A DNA stretch of 64,000 nucleotides from Candidatus Woesebacteria bacterium (GTDB lineage Bacteria > Patescibacteriota > Microgenomatia > UBA8517). Location: contig JAFGPD010000042.1 of NCBI GenBank assembly GCA_016926185.1, forward strand, positions 1,985 through 65,984, read 5' to 3'. Position numbers and translations under genes: made by a program. The notes under the pieces were generated by a model. It was not told the DNA's origin and made no database searches. It saw only the letters and a program-made list of their open reading frames with translations. This document shows, piece by piece, positions 44,796 through 55,526 of the stretch (position 1 is its first letter; each line of letters opens with the position of its first letter).

Positions 44796-46724
44796 TTATT
44801 TCAAGTACTTTTCCACGATCTTATCAAAGCTTGAGAGGTCATCCGGATCTGAAGTTGGTAGTTCTATGTCTTGCACGTCCTCAAGCAAATGTTCCGGGAC
44901 CTCAACAATAAAACGGCTGGGGGGATTACTTGCTTGCTGGCCGAAGTATAATCTTTTACCGGCGTATGTAAGATACAGCAAGTTTTCTGCTCTGGTCATT
45001 CCAACATATGCAAGCCTTCTTTCTTCCTCAAGCTCGTTTATGTCAAAGAGACTACGTGAGTGGGGGAATAATCCCTCTTCCATTCCGACAATAAAAACTG
45101 TCGGGAATTCCAGTCCCTTTGCGGCGTGCAGTGTCATTAAAGTAACTGAATCATTTTCTTTTCCCATTGATCGATGTTGGATGCCTTCTTGGCTGTCCTG
45201 CTCTAATTCAACTAGTGCGACATTTTCTAAAAACTCATTGATGTTGGGAAACTCTGTTGCAACCGATCGAAGCTCTTTGATATTTTCCAATCTTGCTATA
45301 TTTTCCTCGGTTTCCCTCTCGTACTTTTTAAGATAGCCGGTCTTTTCCAATACTGTGTCCATAAGTGTCAGGGTTGTATGTCTGTCCCAAGGAGATCCTT
45401 CGCTTTGCTCAGGATGACTTTCATAAGTTTTCAATTGTAACTCCTCAGTCAATTTTTCAAACGCTTCAAAGCGCCCTTTTCCTAACTTTTTGACCCTTTC
45501 CTGAGATATTGTATCTTTAGGGTTAACCAGAAGTCTTAGGTAGCTTAGAACGTCTTTCACCTCTTTCCGTTCATAGAACTTAACTCCGCCAACCAACGTG
45601 TAAGGGATACCAGCATGGAGAAACGCTTCCTCCAGAACACGAGACTGTGCGTTAGTGCGATATAAAACTGCAATGTCGGAATAGTTGAGCTTATCTTCAG
45701 TTTCAAGGGTTGTCAGTTTTTGAACCTCACCAACAACAAAGCTTGCTTCTTTGTAACCGGATTTTGCACGATGGACTCTTATTTTTTCACCCTCATTTTT
45801 TTTGGTCCAAAGATTTAGCACTGGATGGGTAGTGTTTTTTCTGATCACTGAGTTGGCAGCGTCTAAGATATTTTGTGTCGAACGATAGTTTTGCTCAAGG
45901 TTTACTATAGTTATTTCAGGATAATCTCTCTGCAGATATTGGATGTTTCTGTAATCAGCACCTCTCCATGAATAAATAGATTGGCTTGCATCACCGACTG
46001 CTGAGATATTTTTATTTTGTCCCACAATGAGTTTGGTCAGTTGGTACTGAATTTTATTCGTGTCCTGCCATTCATCTACCAGAACATGGGTAAGTATATT
46101 TTGCCACTTTTTTAGGACATCTTCGTTCTCCTGCAATAAAGACACAGATCTAAGTAAAAGATCATCAAAATCCAGAGCATCAATTTCCTGTAAAAGTTTT
46201 TGATAAGCATTGTAAATTTTAAAAATACCTTCCTGATAATCACCTTTGACTATCTCGGCATATTTAAGTGGGGTAAGCATTTGCGATTTTGCATCAGAGA
46301 TTTGTGCAGCGACACTTCCCGGTTTGAATTTATCTTCATTAAGATCAAGCTGCTGTATGACCTGCTTTATTGCGTCTTTGGTATCTCTTTGGTCAAAGAT
46401 GATGAAGTTCCTGTCAATTCCTGAATATTGACCATCGATCCTTAAAAGTCTTGCACAAAATGAGTGAAAAGTTCCAGCAAAGCCTGGAATGTCATTGGTC
46501 AGTTTTCCGATCCTTTGTTTCATTTCGCCGGCGGCCTTGTTGGTAAAAGTTAAAAGTAAAATATTTCCGGGGTGTGCGATCTTTTCTTTAATAAAGTATG
46601 CGGCTCTGTGGGTCAAAACCCTTGTTTTACCGCTTCCGGCGCCGGCAAGAACTAAAAGAGGGGAGCCAACGTGGGTTACTGCTTCTTTTTGCTTGTCGTT
46701 TAAGTTTTTTAAAAGTTCATCCAT
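44796..46724 (-). CDS. pcrA: ATP-dependent DNA helicase PcrA/UvrD
   Basis: Motifs AGAGSGKT, TFTNKAA, LVDEWQD, QSIYSWRGA, LYRTNAQSR, HAAKGLEF and EERRLAYVGMTRA. Confidence 0.95.
   Translation of the reverse strand: MDELLKNLNDKQKEAVTHVGSPLLVLAGAGSGKTRVLTHRAAYFIKEKIAHPGNILLLTFTNKAAGEMKQRIGKLTNDIPGFAGTFHSFCARLLRIDGQYSGIDRNFIIFDQRDTKDAIKQVIQQLDLNEDKFKPGSVAAQISDAKSQMLTPLKYAEIVKGDYQEGIFKIYNAYQKLLQEIDALDFDDLLLRSVSLLQENEDVLKKWQNILTHVLVDEWQDTNKIQYQLTKLIVGQNKNISAVGDASQSIYSWRGADYRNIQYLQRDYPEITIVNLEQNYRSTQNILDAANSVIRKNTTHPVLNLWTKKNEGEKIRVHRAKSGYKEASFVVGEVQKLTTLETEDKLNYSDIAVLYRTNAQSRVLEEAFLHAGIPYTLVGGVKFYERKEVKDVLSYLRLLVNPKDTISQERVKKLGKGRFEAFEKLTEELQLKTYESHPEQSEGSPWDRHTTLTLMDTVLEKTGYLKKYERETEENIARLENIKELRSVATEFPNINEFLENVALVELEQDSQEGIQHRSMGKENDSVTLMTLHAAKGLEFPTVFIVGMEEGLFPHSRSLFDINELEEERRLAYVGMTRAENLLYLTYAGKRLYFGQQASNPPSRFIVEVPEHLLEDVQDIELPTSDPDDLSSFDKIVEKYLK
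45395..45418. repeat. In-frame GTCA-tailed palindrome inside pcrA
   Basis: Minus strand GTCATCCTGAGCAAAGCGAAGGAT; encodes SHPEQSEGS. Confidence 0.72.
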
Positions 46725-46907
46725 GTTTTTAAGTACAAAAACTAGTGTTAAAATATATTCTTAGCTATCCAGTACTAGAAATTTTCATAATACGATCATA
46801 TGTCATAACATAAAGCACTTGATTGAAAAAGATGAATTTTGTTCAGCTTGAAAATTTCAGTACGGGTCTGCATGTTATTTTTATATTAAAATCAATATTG
46901 TATTTGT

Positions 46908-48092
46908 ATGGTAACCTCTAATTCTATCATGGAAGAAAAAGAACCTGTTGAAATAAAAGATAAATCTTTTACAAGAAATAAAGTGTTATTTTCAAAGATC
47001 AAAAGAAGAATATTAAAGCATCTTTGGGTTGTAAGGGTGCTGGTTGTGATAGGAATTGTTGTTGTTTTAGCTGGAGGTGTAGTGGGTTTTGGATTTTTTT
47101 TCAAGGATTCGGTTGTGGGTAAGTATATGAGTCTTGCCGGAAATTTTATTTTTGCTCCGAGTGAAAAGATAGAAAGTTTTTCCGGCAGAACCAACATTTT
47201 ACTTTTAGGCAAAGGTGGGGCGGGACACGAAGCACCCGATCTCACGGACACGATAATCTTGGTCTCAGTTGATCATGAGACACCTGATATTTTTTTGCTT
47301 AGTACACCTCGGGATATTTGGATGCCTGCCATAAGGGCAAAGATCAACAGTGCTTACTATTGGGGAAATCAGAAAGAAAACACTTCAGGTTATGATAATG
47401 GGGTGGGAAGCGGAGGAATGGTTCTGGCGAAGTCATCGGTAGAAGAGGTTGTAGGGGTTCCTGTTCATTACGCGGCGGTTTTGGACTTCGGAGGATTTCG
47501 GCAGATCATTGATGTTGTGGGCGGGGTAGAGATCGATGTCAAAAGAGGCTTTGTTGATGAAAAGTATCCAATAGAAGGAAGGGAAAATGACGAATGTCTG
47601 CCCGCGCAGACAGATGATGGAGACACTGATCTTAGTTGCCGTTATGAGACGATTGAGTTTTCGAAAGGTTTACAGGTTATGGATGGTCAGACCGCTCTTA
47701 AGTTTGTCAGGAGCAGGAATGCTGAAGGAGAGGAAGGAACGGACTTCGCAAGGGAGGAAAGACAGCAGTTGGTCATTAATGCCCTCAAACAAAAGCTTTT
47801 TTCAAAAAAAGTTTTCACTTCACCGAAAACTCTTTTGGCGATAAAGGATGTGCTGGTTAAATTCACAGAGACCGACCTTGAGGAGGGCGAAGAAGCTGTT
47901 TTGGCAAGGTTTATTTTTGATGCAAGGGAAAGTGTTCAGAGCGAAGTTTTACCTGAGGAGTTCTTGGAAAATCCGCCAATTTCTGATAAATATGACAATC
48001 TTTATGTTCTCATTCCTCGTGATGACGATCCTGATACTCCTGAGCATGATTGGAGTAGGGTTCATGAATGGGTTTCGGGAAAATTATATTAG
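46908..48092 (+). CDS. LCP (LytR-CpsA-Psr) cell-wall glycopolymer ligase
   Basis: Motifs NILLLG, LTDTI, PRDIW, KINSAY, ALKFVRSR and DFAREERQQ. Confidence 0.92.
   Translation: MVTSNSIMEEKEPVEIKDKSFTRNKVLFSKIKRRILKHLWVVRVLVVIGIVVVLAGGVVGFGFFFKDSVVGKYMSLAGNFIFAPSEKIESFSGRTNILLLGKGGAGHEAPDLTDTIILVSVDHETPDIFLLSTPRDIWMPAIRAKINSAYYWGNQKENTSGYDNGVGSGGMVLAKSSVEEVVGVPVHYAAVLDFGGFRQIIDVVGGVEIDVKRGFVDEKYPIEGRENDECLPAQTDDGDTDLSCRYETIEFSKGLQVMDGQTALKFVRSRNAEGEEGTDFAREERQQLVINALKQKLFSKKVFTSPKTLLAIKDVLVKFTETDLEEGEEAVLARFIFDARESVQSEVLPEEFLENPPISDKYDNLYVLIPRDDDPDTPEHDWSRVHEWVSGKLY
47595..47612. repeat. Short in-frame hairpin in the LCP gene
   Basis: TGTCTGC-CCGC-GCAGACA; encodes CLPAQT. Confidence 0.45.
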
Positions 48093-50122
48093 TTGATCTC
48101 ATAAACAGAAGTTGTTCCTGAGGTGAAAACGGTCTCTCCTAACTGAGTGAACTTTTCTTCGCTGAGAGCCGTGAACTTTTCTCTTTCAAATTCTCCCACT
48201 ATGACAAATTTGACATCATATTTTTGCAGAAGGTGTCTTGCAATATCAGGGCTTGTTGTGCTGTAAATCTGTTCTATATCAGCGACTCTTGCTTGCGGAA
48301 TGTCCGCTGTCCCTCGCCACAACCATTCGTGCACGAACCAGCCGGATACTGTGGGAAGACCTGTATAGGAAGATATCACATTGTATTCAGTATAAGAGTC
48401 ACCCGGTGACTCTAGGATGACTGGCTGACCTTCAACATTTTTATTAAACCAATTGACGACATTACCTAACTCCGGCCGTCTTAATGAAAGCCAAGTAGTT
48501 CCATCTAAACCATGATAAGTTTCTAGCTTGTTGTAGTAGGCTTTAATGGCAATGCTGGGGTAGCCCAGTATGGTCCAGAACACTAATCCAAAAAATAGTG
48601 CAATTGTTAATTTCCCGAAAGATTTTTTTGCTAGGTTAATTGCTCTTACTGCGATATACCCGGAAGTTAGATAAAACATAACGAACGCTTGGTAGGTGAG
48701 CTTAAACATTGTATTTGCACGGTGGTGACTCGCGATATAGATATCCTTTACGTAAAAGATCTCAGGAAGAACGATAAGAATCCAGGAAGCAACATGCAGA
48801 CAAAAGACAAAAAGGTCGGAAAATTTTATCTTTTTTATCGACTTGAAGTTTTTCGAAAGGATTACTGTAAGTGTTGCGGTTAGGATCAAAGGAAAACCCC
48901 ACAAGATCAAAAGCTGCCAAATGTATGAGCGTGAGTTGACCAATTTTACACCCTCCGCAATTGAGACAAAATTGAGAATAAAAGGTAAAGCAAAAACAAT
49001 CCCGGAAAGCGCAATAACAATGGATCTCAAAGCAGGATAAGTTACGGTCCTGATTTTTATTCCCTGTTTTTGAAATTCAAAGATCAAAAGTGCAAATCCG
49101 GTTGTCAGAAGATAGTTGCCAAAATCCCACGTGTTTGTGATGAACATAATACCTGCCACAAAACCCAAAGGAATTAGATTTTTAGAAACTAACTTTCTCT
49201 CTTTCCTCCTTATATAAAAGATCAACAAAGATAAATAAAGAAGAACAAAAGGAAGATCAAGAAGGTGTGCATGAAGATCAGAAACAACGTAAGAATACAA
49301 AGGAAATTCGTGAATTGTTTTATCCTCTCTATCTGGATTATAGCCTATGAAACGAGTCGCGTCGGAGTACCAGTAATTATCAATGCCGTCTTTTAATAAA
49401 TAAAATGGAGTATGGAAATTTCCGCCGAAATTCATAAGTACTGCAGACAGAAGTCCGGCTGCGAATACTGTTCTGAAGCTTAGTTTCTTATCTACAAATT
49501 TCAGCAGGGTTGCAGAAATTGTGAATACTGAAGATAATGACAGCCCAAGGATTGTTGCGATCATGATATTGTAAGCAATAGAAGAGGGGATGTTACTGAG
49601 TTTAGTGATCAGGGCTGTTATGAAATGGCCAAACCAATAGTAGTTGATATTTCCTCCTGCAAACCACATATCAGCGGGGGGGAGGTATTCTGACCTGAGG
49701 ATGGAGTTGATAAATCCATAATCCATGAATTTCTCAAGACCATTGATGTCCGGCTGATATCCGCGGATTATGCTCCAAAAAACGAGTCCAAAAACAAAAA
49801 GTATTTCGGTGACAATAACTGATCTAAATTTCTTTCTAAGATCTTTAACTAAAGAGCTCTGTTTTTTAAACAGCGAATAATTAAACCCTGCATAGATCAG
49901 GAAAAATATAAGTAGAGTGTTTCTTTTGAACGGAAGGATTTGAATTATTGAGAGGAAGAATACAGCGTAGCCAAAAAATGCCAACCCGACCGTTTTGGAA
50001 AGCCCGTATCCTGCACCGACAAATTTTCCGAAAAACTTGTAGGTTATCGGCAGAGAAACTATTCCAAAAACAAATAGCCAAATCCACCAGTTGAAAATAT
50101 AAAAAAGATCTCGAGATAACAT
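48089..50122 (-). CDS. DUF2298 (Chlor_Arch_YYY) membrane protein
   Basis: Motifs EKFMD, PPADMWFAG..INYYWFG, IHEFP, DLHAH, NTMFK and TGLPTV.GW..HE.LWR. Confidence 0.85.
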   Translation of the reverse strand: MLSRDLFYIFNWWIWLFVFGIVSLPITYKFFGKFVGAGYGLSKTVGLAFFGYAVFFLSIIQILPFKRNTLLIFFLIYAGFNYSLFKKQSSLVKDLRKKFRSVIVTEILFVFGLVFWSIIRGYQPDINGLEKFMDYGFINSILRSEYLPPADMWFAGGNINYYWFGHFITALITKLSNIPSSIAYNIMIATILGLSLSSVFTISATLLKFVDKKLSFRTVFAAGLLSAVLMNFGGNFHTPFYLLKDGIDNYWYSDATRFIGYNPDREDKTIHEFPLYSYVVSDLHAHLLDLPFVLLYLSLLIFYIRRKERKLVSKNLIPLGFVAGIMFITNTWDFGNYLLTTGFALLIFEFQKQGIKIRTVTYPALRSIVIALSGIVFALPFILNFVSIAEGVKLVNSRSYIWQLLILWGFPLILTATLTVILSKNFKSIKKIKFSDLFVFCLHVASWILIVLPEIFYVKDIYIASHHRANTMFKLTYQAFVMFYLTSGYIAVRAINLAKKSFGKLTIALFFGLVFWTILGYPSIAIKAYYNKLETYHGLDGTTWLSLRRPELGNVVNWFNKNVEGQPVILESPGDSYTEYNVISSYTGLPTVSGWFVHEWLWRGTADIPQARVADIEQIYSTTSPDIARHLLQKYDVKFVIVGEFEREKFTALSEEKFTQLGETVFTSGTTSVYEIN

Positions 50123-50291
50123 TTAAAGAAATTATATACAAAATAGTATATTAAGAAAAACAAAAAGGTTGTACGTTTTCTGTGAATGGTTTGCTAGATC
50201 ATATTTATATAAAAAATCAATCAAGATTTTGAAAGTCGTTATTTAACTCTTACATTTAATCAGCTAGCATATACTAAAATATCAAATTGTC

Positions 50292-50810
50292 ATGGGTAAC
50301 AAAAAAACAAAAATTATCGCGTTTGATCTTGATGGTGTCGTAATAGGAAAGCCACCTTTAATACCGAAAAACTTAATAGAATTTCTTTACCGAGGAAGGA
50401 TTAACCACAAACTTAGCTATAGATACCCGAATTCTAGACTTGAGATAAAAATAAGAAAATTTAGCCACTTTCCTTATTTTAGATTTCCAATAAAGCAAAA
50501 CATTACTTTAATAAAAAAGCTTGCCAAGAAAAACACTCTTTATGTAATAAGCAGCCGTTATTCTTTTCTGGAACAGGAGACTTTCAGATGGCTTGATCAC
50601 TACAAGGTTAAGAAATATTTTAAGAAAATAATACTAAACACCAAAGATGAAAAGCCTCATCTGTTTAAATTAGACAAGTTGAAGAAACTTAAACCAGATA
50701 TTTTTATAGAGGACGATCCGCTTATCGTGAACTATTTAAAGAGTAAAAAGATAAGGTGCAAAACAATTCATTTTATTAGATCAACAAGTGATTTGAATGT
50801 TTTATTATGA
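50292..50810 (+). CDS. HAD-superfamily hydrolase (5'-nucleotidase-like)
   Basis: Motifs FDLDGV, ISSR, K and FIEDD. Confidence 0.8.
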   Translation: MGNKKTKIIAFDLDGVVIGKPPLIPKNLIEFLYRGRINHKLSYRYPNSRLEIKIRKFSHFPYFRFPIKQNITLIKKLAKKNTLYVISSRYSFLEQETFRWLDHYKVKKYFKKIILNTKDEKPHLFKLDKLKKLKPDIFIEDDPLIVNYLKSKKIRCKTIHFIRSTSDLNVLL

Positions 50811-51934
50811 AAATTTTAATTAGCATCTCATATTACCATCCAAACATCAGTGGACTTACACTGTATGCCAAAAGGATTGCTGAGGAAATGTCTAAAAAGG
50901 GACATAATGTGAAAGTGTTAACCTCACTTCACGATAAAAGCTTTCCATCAAAAGCTTTAGAAAATGGTGTAGAAGTTCACCGTGTATGGACACCTTTTAA
51001 GTTTGGGAGAGGACCCATTATGCCGACACATTTTATAAAAGCGCTGAAATTATCTTTATGGGCGGATGTTATAAATATTCATGTACCACAGTTTGAAGGC
51101 GTTTTTTTAGCAGTATTTGCAAAGATTTTTGGTAAAAAAATAATAATGACACATCATTGTGAGCTATCGAACTGGCCTGGTTTAGTAAATCAAATTACCG
51201 AAAAAGTAACAAATCTTTCACTGGTTGTACAAGGAACACTTTCCGATAAGATCGTCAGTTATACCAAAGATTACTCTTCAAATTCAAAATATCTCAAAAG
51301 ATTCAAAGATAAGGTGGTGTTGACTTTTCCGCCGGTGAAATTGGAGGCAAAATCAAATAAAAAGGTAACAAAGAATTTTTCAAAAGCCAAGTACAAAATT
51401 GGTTTTGCGGGAAGGATAGCAAAAGAAAAGGGTATAGAGTATCTATTACAGGCAATACCAACTTTAAAAAGTAAATTAGGAGAAGATATAAAGATATATT
51501 TAGCGGGTCCCAGTGATGAAGTCATAGGAGGGGGATATAAGTTTCAACTTTCAAGTTTGATTAATAAACACGAAAGTAATATAGAATTTGTTGGATCTTT
51601 GACCCAGGCAGAAATGCCGAGTTTTTATAATTTTATTGATGTGTTGGTTTTACCCTCCTATGAAAAAATTGAATCGTTTGGTTTTGTACAAGTAGAGTCT
51701 ATGTTGTCGGGAACTCCTGTTGTTGCCAGCAATATACCAGGAGTAAGAATTCCGGTAAAAAAGACAGGGATGGGAGAACTGTCTAAGCTGAAAGATCCTA
51801 AGGATTTGGCCAAAAAGATAGTAAAGATTTTAAAAAATAAAAGGAAATATTATAAAAGGATAAAAAAAGCAAAGAAAATTTTTTCCTATGAAAGCAGCAT
51901 TAATTTTTATGACAAGCTTTTCGATGAGAAATAA
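50807..51934 (+). CDS. GT4 glycosyltransferase
   Basis: Motifs GRIAKEKG, VLPS, ESFGFVQVESM and GTPVVAS. Confidence 0.92.
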   Translation: MKILISISYYHPNISGLTLYAKRIAEEMSKKGHNVKVLTSLHDKSFPSKALENGVEVHRVWTPFKFGRGPIMPTHFIKALKLSLWADVINIHVPQFEGVFLAVFAKIFGKKIIMTHHCELSNWPGLVNQITEKVTNLSLVVQGTLSDKIVSYTKDYSSNSKYLKRFKDKVVLTFPPVKLEAKSNKKVTKNFSKAKYKIGFAGRIAKEKGIEYLLQAIPTLKSKLGEDIKIYLAGPSDEVIGGGYKFQLSSLINKHESNIEFVGSLTQAEMPSFYNFIDVLVLPSYEKIESFGFVQVESMLSGTPVVASNIPGVRIPVKKTGMGELSKLKDPKDLAKKIVKILKNKRKYYKRIKKAKKIFSYESSINFYDKLFDEK

Positions 51935-52071
51935 TTTTTTTTACTTTATAAATTCTCTTTGTAGTTAACACTTCATTTTTGCTTGTTCGTGTTTGTGTAA
52001 ATACCGATTTTTAGTAAAGAATATTTACAGTTTGAAGAACAATACTTTTTAAGTGGTAATTCTTGTTTTTC

Positions 52072-53826
52072 TCACCACCTTTGTGAGTTTTTATAAATTA
52101 ATACTTTAGGATGGTCATAAACTGTAAATGTCTCATCTGAATAATCATCTCTCAGAGGAATACCCAGAAGCGGTATGGTTGGATAAGATGCAAATTCTTT
52201 CAGTTTTTTAAATTGAGTGTTGCCGGAAAGAAGGTTTTTGTAAAATTGTGAAGTAACAGGATATCTAGTAGGAGCTTTAGATATAGACCCCCAAAGTCGA
52301 TTAGATGAAAGTATTAAATAATCTACAGAATCAAGCTGGCTATTAACCTTCTTCCACTTATCTTGTGTGTCTGGATTAAATAGATTAAACGTTACCTGAT
52401 TATAAATTGAGGAGCTTTTGCCATTAATCGGTAAGGGGAGACAGTCGTCCCAATGCTCACAGGAAATTGTCGAGCCCGCAGGAATATATTCATAGATCCA
52501 TTCTGATGCTGTAACTCTCGTATGTGGTTTACTATAGATTGTCATGAAAGATATGGTGTTTATTAGAACAAAAAACATAAAAACCGCAAAGATTATGTTA
52601 AATAAATTAAATCTTTTTTCTTGAAATTTTGAAGAAACGAGAGTTAGTGTGTATCCACTTATGACACTTAGGAAAGGAATCATTGGATAAAAATATCTAA
52701 GTGCTTTTGCAAACTGAAATGACTGGTAGGCAAACAAAAAGTAGACCCAAGCAATTATTGAAAAAAGGTAGATATATTCCTTTTCAATCTTTTTAAAATT
52801 ATGTTTTCTGATTGTTTTAAATCCACTTTTGACCAAAATTATTATACAAAATATTGCCGAAAAAATTGATAGTAAACCAAGAAATGGCCCCAATCCCCAA
52901 AAGATTAGATTCTTTAGAGGATATATAACCGGTTTAGTATTAAGCCATTGTATTGCGGGCGGAAACCAGGTGTCAGGGTCTGAATATCCGGCAAGCTCCT
53001 TTAGATTTTCAATAAACTTTGGGTTTATTGACGGATTAAGAAAACTTTTATATGAAAAAACTCTTGGGTCAAAAAACCTCAGCGCTAAGTAGGAGATGAA
53101 AAGAAAGAATAATGCTCCCAAAAATATTTTTTTTCTGCCCCCATCTTTTTTAACCAGAAATAAGACAGTCATTAAACCAATTGGAACAGCAAATAAAAGG
53201 GTTGTTATTTTTGAGGCAAGTGCTGCCGAGAAAGTTATTGACGACAATATTAAATAAAAAAACTTAAATTTATCAAAAAACTTTAGATAAAGGTAAAAAG
53301 TAGCTGTTAGAAAAAAAACAAGGAAAGTGTCTACCGCAAAAAAATGTGATAACTGAATCGGCAGTATTGCAAGAGCATAGAAGCCAGATGCCAAAAGGCC
53401 GGCTTTTTTATTTTTGAGCACTGTTGCCAAAAGATAAACAAAAAGAATTGTAAGTGTGTCAAGGGCTACGCTGGCTGATCTTCCGACCAAAGTTATGTTG
53501 TTATAGTCAAATTCATCAAAAGAAATATTATTAGAAAGTAGCTTAACTAAGTTCATAGGCATAGTTCCGTACACAAAAAAATCATAACCTGCATTATAAG
53601 GATTAAGCGGTGAGATATTTTGGTCAAGATAAGTTGATATTTTTTCAGGTAAGGAAACATCAAGAGTAACCATGGTCAGAAATCTCTCGTCGGGGTGTAG
53701 ATGCTGGTTTTGGTCCCAATTTATTCCATAAACCCTCAGAAATAATCCAAATGTTATGATTGCTAAAAGAATAAAATAATGGACCTTATTAGATATTAAG
53801 AATTCTTTTGTAAGTTTCTTCATCAT
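52072..53826 (-). CDS. GT-C (GT39/PMT-like) glycosyltransferase
   Basis: Multi-TM; WDQNQHLHPDERF, FVYG, IQLSHF and ETFTVYDHPKV. Confidence 0.85.
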   Translation of the reverse strand: MMKKLTKEFLISNKVHYFILLAIITFGLFLRVYGINWDQNQHLHPDERFLTMVTLDVSLPEKISTYLDQNISPLNPYNAGYDFFVYGTMPMNLVKLLSNNISFDEFDYNNITLVGRSASVALDTLTILFVYLLATVLKNKKAGLLASGFYALAILPIQLSHFFAVDTFLVFFLTATFYLYLKFFDKFKFFYLILSSITFSAALASKITTLLFAVPIGLMTVLFLVKKDGGRKKIFLGALFFLFISYLALRFFDPRVFSYKSFLNPSINPKFIENLKELAGYSDPDTWFPPAIQWLNTKPVIYPLKNLIFWGLGPFLGLLSIFSAIFCIIILVKSGFKTIRKHNFKKIEKEYIYLFSIIAWVYFLFAYQSFQFAKALRYFYPMIPFLSVISGYTLTLVSSKFQEKRFNLFNIIFAVFMFFVLINTISFMTIYSKPHTRVTASEWIYEYIPAGSTISCEHWDDCLPLPINGKSSSIYNQVTFNLFNPDTQDKWKKVNSQLDSVDYLILSSNRLWGSISKAPTRYPVTSQFYKNLLSGNTQFKKLKEFASYPTIPLLGIPLRDDYSDETFTVYDHPKVLIYKNSQRW

Positions 53827-55453
53827 AGTTGACTGTTTTTTTATAGATTCTTATTACGGGATGATCGAATACAGACCAAGTCTCTTCAGCTGTCTCGTCG
53901 TTTAATGAAATATTTATTAAAGGTACTGTTGGGAAGCTGGTAAAAGTTTTAATTTTTTCAAAACCCAAATTACAATTCACTAGCTTATTGTAGAAATTAT
54001 ATGTCAGTGGAAAATCTTTTTCAGAATGGTCCATAAACATTCTTCGGCTTTGAATTATAAAATAGTCACTTTTTACAAGTTCCGTTGCGAGCCGATCTTG
54101 TAAGGAAGGATCTTCATCAAGATGATAAAAATCAAAGGGTATTTTGGTGTAATTTCCTTTTAGAGGGGCTTCAAGTATGTTACCAGTTTCAGTGAGAATA
54201 TATGAATTTGCGGGTATGTTATTCTGAGCCCAAGCAGTTGCTTGAACACGAACATCTGGCTTTATGTAAATCGCAAAAAAACTTATACCCCATATTATTA
54301 CAGAAGTCATGCTCAGTCCGGCCAGAAAAATACCAGCTTTTTTGTTGATTTTATTGACCTTACTTATTAACAGAGCTGAAAAGATTGCAAAATATGGGAA
54401 TGTGGGAGCGATAAAGCGGGTCCATTTTGCATACAAGAAGCTATTAAACAAAAAGTAAGATAAAAAGAAATAGATAATCAAAAAATAAACTGCTCCGATT
54501 TCTTTTCTATAATTTTTAGTAAAAAGATAGATGATCAAAACAAGTCCGATTGTTCCAAGGATCAAATTAACAGGATCTATTGCGTAAATTAGTATTTTTG
54601 TGAACTGAAATATTATTGGAAGAGTGTTTTCGAAAGATCGGGTATAAAAAACTTTTTGAGTACCTTTTCCAACAGCAGTTTCATAATTCATTGAATGTTT
54701 GAGGCCTTGTAGGTCCAAGATGCTATATGGGAACGCAACGAAATAAAAAATTACAGTAACGAAAACAAAGATAAAAGAGCTTAATAAAATTTTTTTGAAT
54801 TTTTTCTCCCTGATATGTTTATAGCAAAAAGAAATAAGTGGTCCGGGTAGTGTCAAGATTGAAGTTATTTTGGTTGCCATAGCAAGACTTGTTGAAATGC
54901 CGGAAAGAGCAACGTTTTTTAAGTTGGGCTTATTAAGATATTTTATTGAAAAATAAAGACCAAGTAGCATCCAAAAAGAAATTGCCGATTCAGGTGTTGC
55001 AAAATGAGCTTGTTGGATAATACCTGGAGTTAATGCAGAAACTGCAGTTATAAGAAAAACCGGTGTGGGCTTATTGAAGATGTGTTTTGCGATTAAGTAA
55101 ATAACAAAAAGAGAAAGTGTTGAGAAGGTTGCTGAGAAAAATCTTCCGACAATAAATAAGCTAGGGTCGTAATTAAAAAGAATATTTAAGATCACCTTGG
55201 AAAAATATATTAGATAGACAGTTGTTGAGCCATATGAAAAAAGATGTGGATGCATTTGTTCGGGAAAATCAATTTGATTTGCCGATATGACCAAGTGGTA
55301 TTCATCAGGATGAAAATGATGACCGTTCCCCCAATCTAGTTTAAAAAATCTTAAAAAGGTTCCAATTAGGATAGGAAAAAAAACAATAAAGTGAGTAATT
55401 TTGGTTAGATAAGTAGTTTTGTGATTTTTTATATTTGATTTATAGAATTTCAT
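53789..55453 (-). CDS. GT-C (GT39/PMT-like) glycosyltransferase, paralog of 52072-53826
   Basis: HFHPDEY, FSYG, IQQAHF and ETWSVFDHPVI. Confidence 0.85.
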   Translation of the reverse strand: MKFYKSNIKNHKTTYLTKITHFIVFFPILIGTFLRFFKLDWGNGHHFHPDEYHLVISANQIDFPEQMHPHLFSYGSTTVYLIYFSKVILNILFNYDPSLFIVGRFFSATFSTLSLFVIYLIAKHIFNKPTPVFLITAVSALTPGIIQQAHFATPESAISFWMLLGLYFSIKYLNKPNLKNVALSGISTSLAMATKITSILTLPGPLISFCYKHIREKKFKKILLSSFIFVFVTVIFYFVAFPYSILDLQGLKHSMNYETAVGKGTQKVFYTRSFENTLPIIFQFTKILIYAIDPVNLILGTIGLVLIIYLFTKNYRKEIGAVYFLIIYFFLSYFLFNSFLYAKWTRFIAPTFPYFAIFSALLISKVNKINKKAGIFLAGLSMTSVIIWGISFFAIYIKPDVRVQATAWAQNNIPANSYILTETGNILEAPLKGNYTKIPFDFYHLDEDPSLQDRLATELVKSDYFIIQSRRMFMDHSEKDFPLTYNFYNKLVNCNLGFEKIKTFTSFPTVPLINISLNDETAEETWSVFDHPVIRIYKKTVNYDEETYKRILNI

Positions 55454-55526
55454 ATTAATTACGGATTGATTGAATTATTTTTACATGATTTTATCCCCGA
55501 CTGCACAATATAAGATAATTTTAAAG

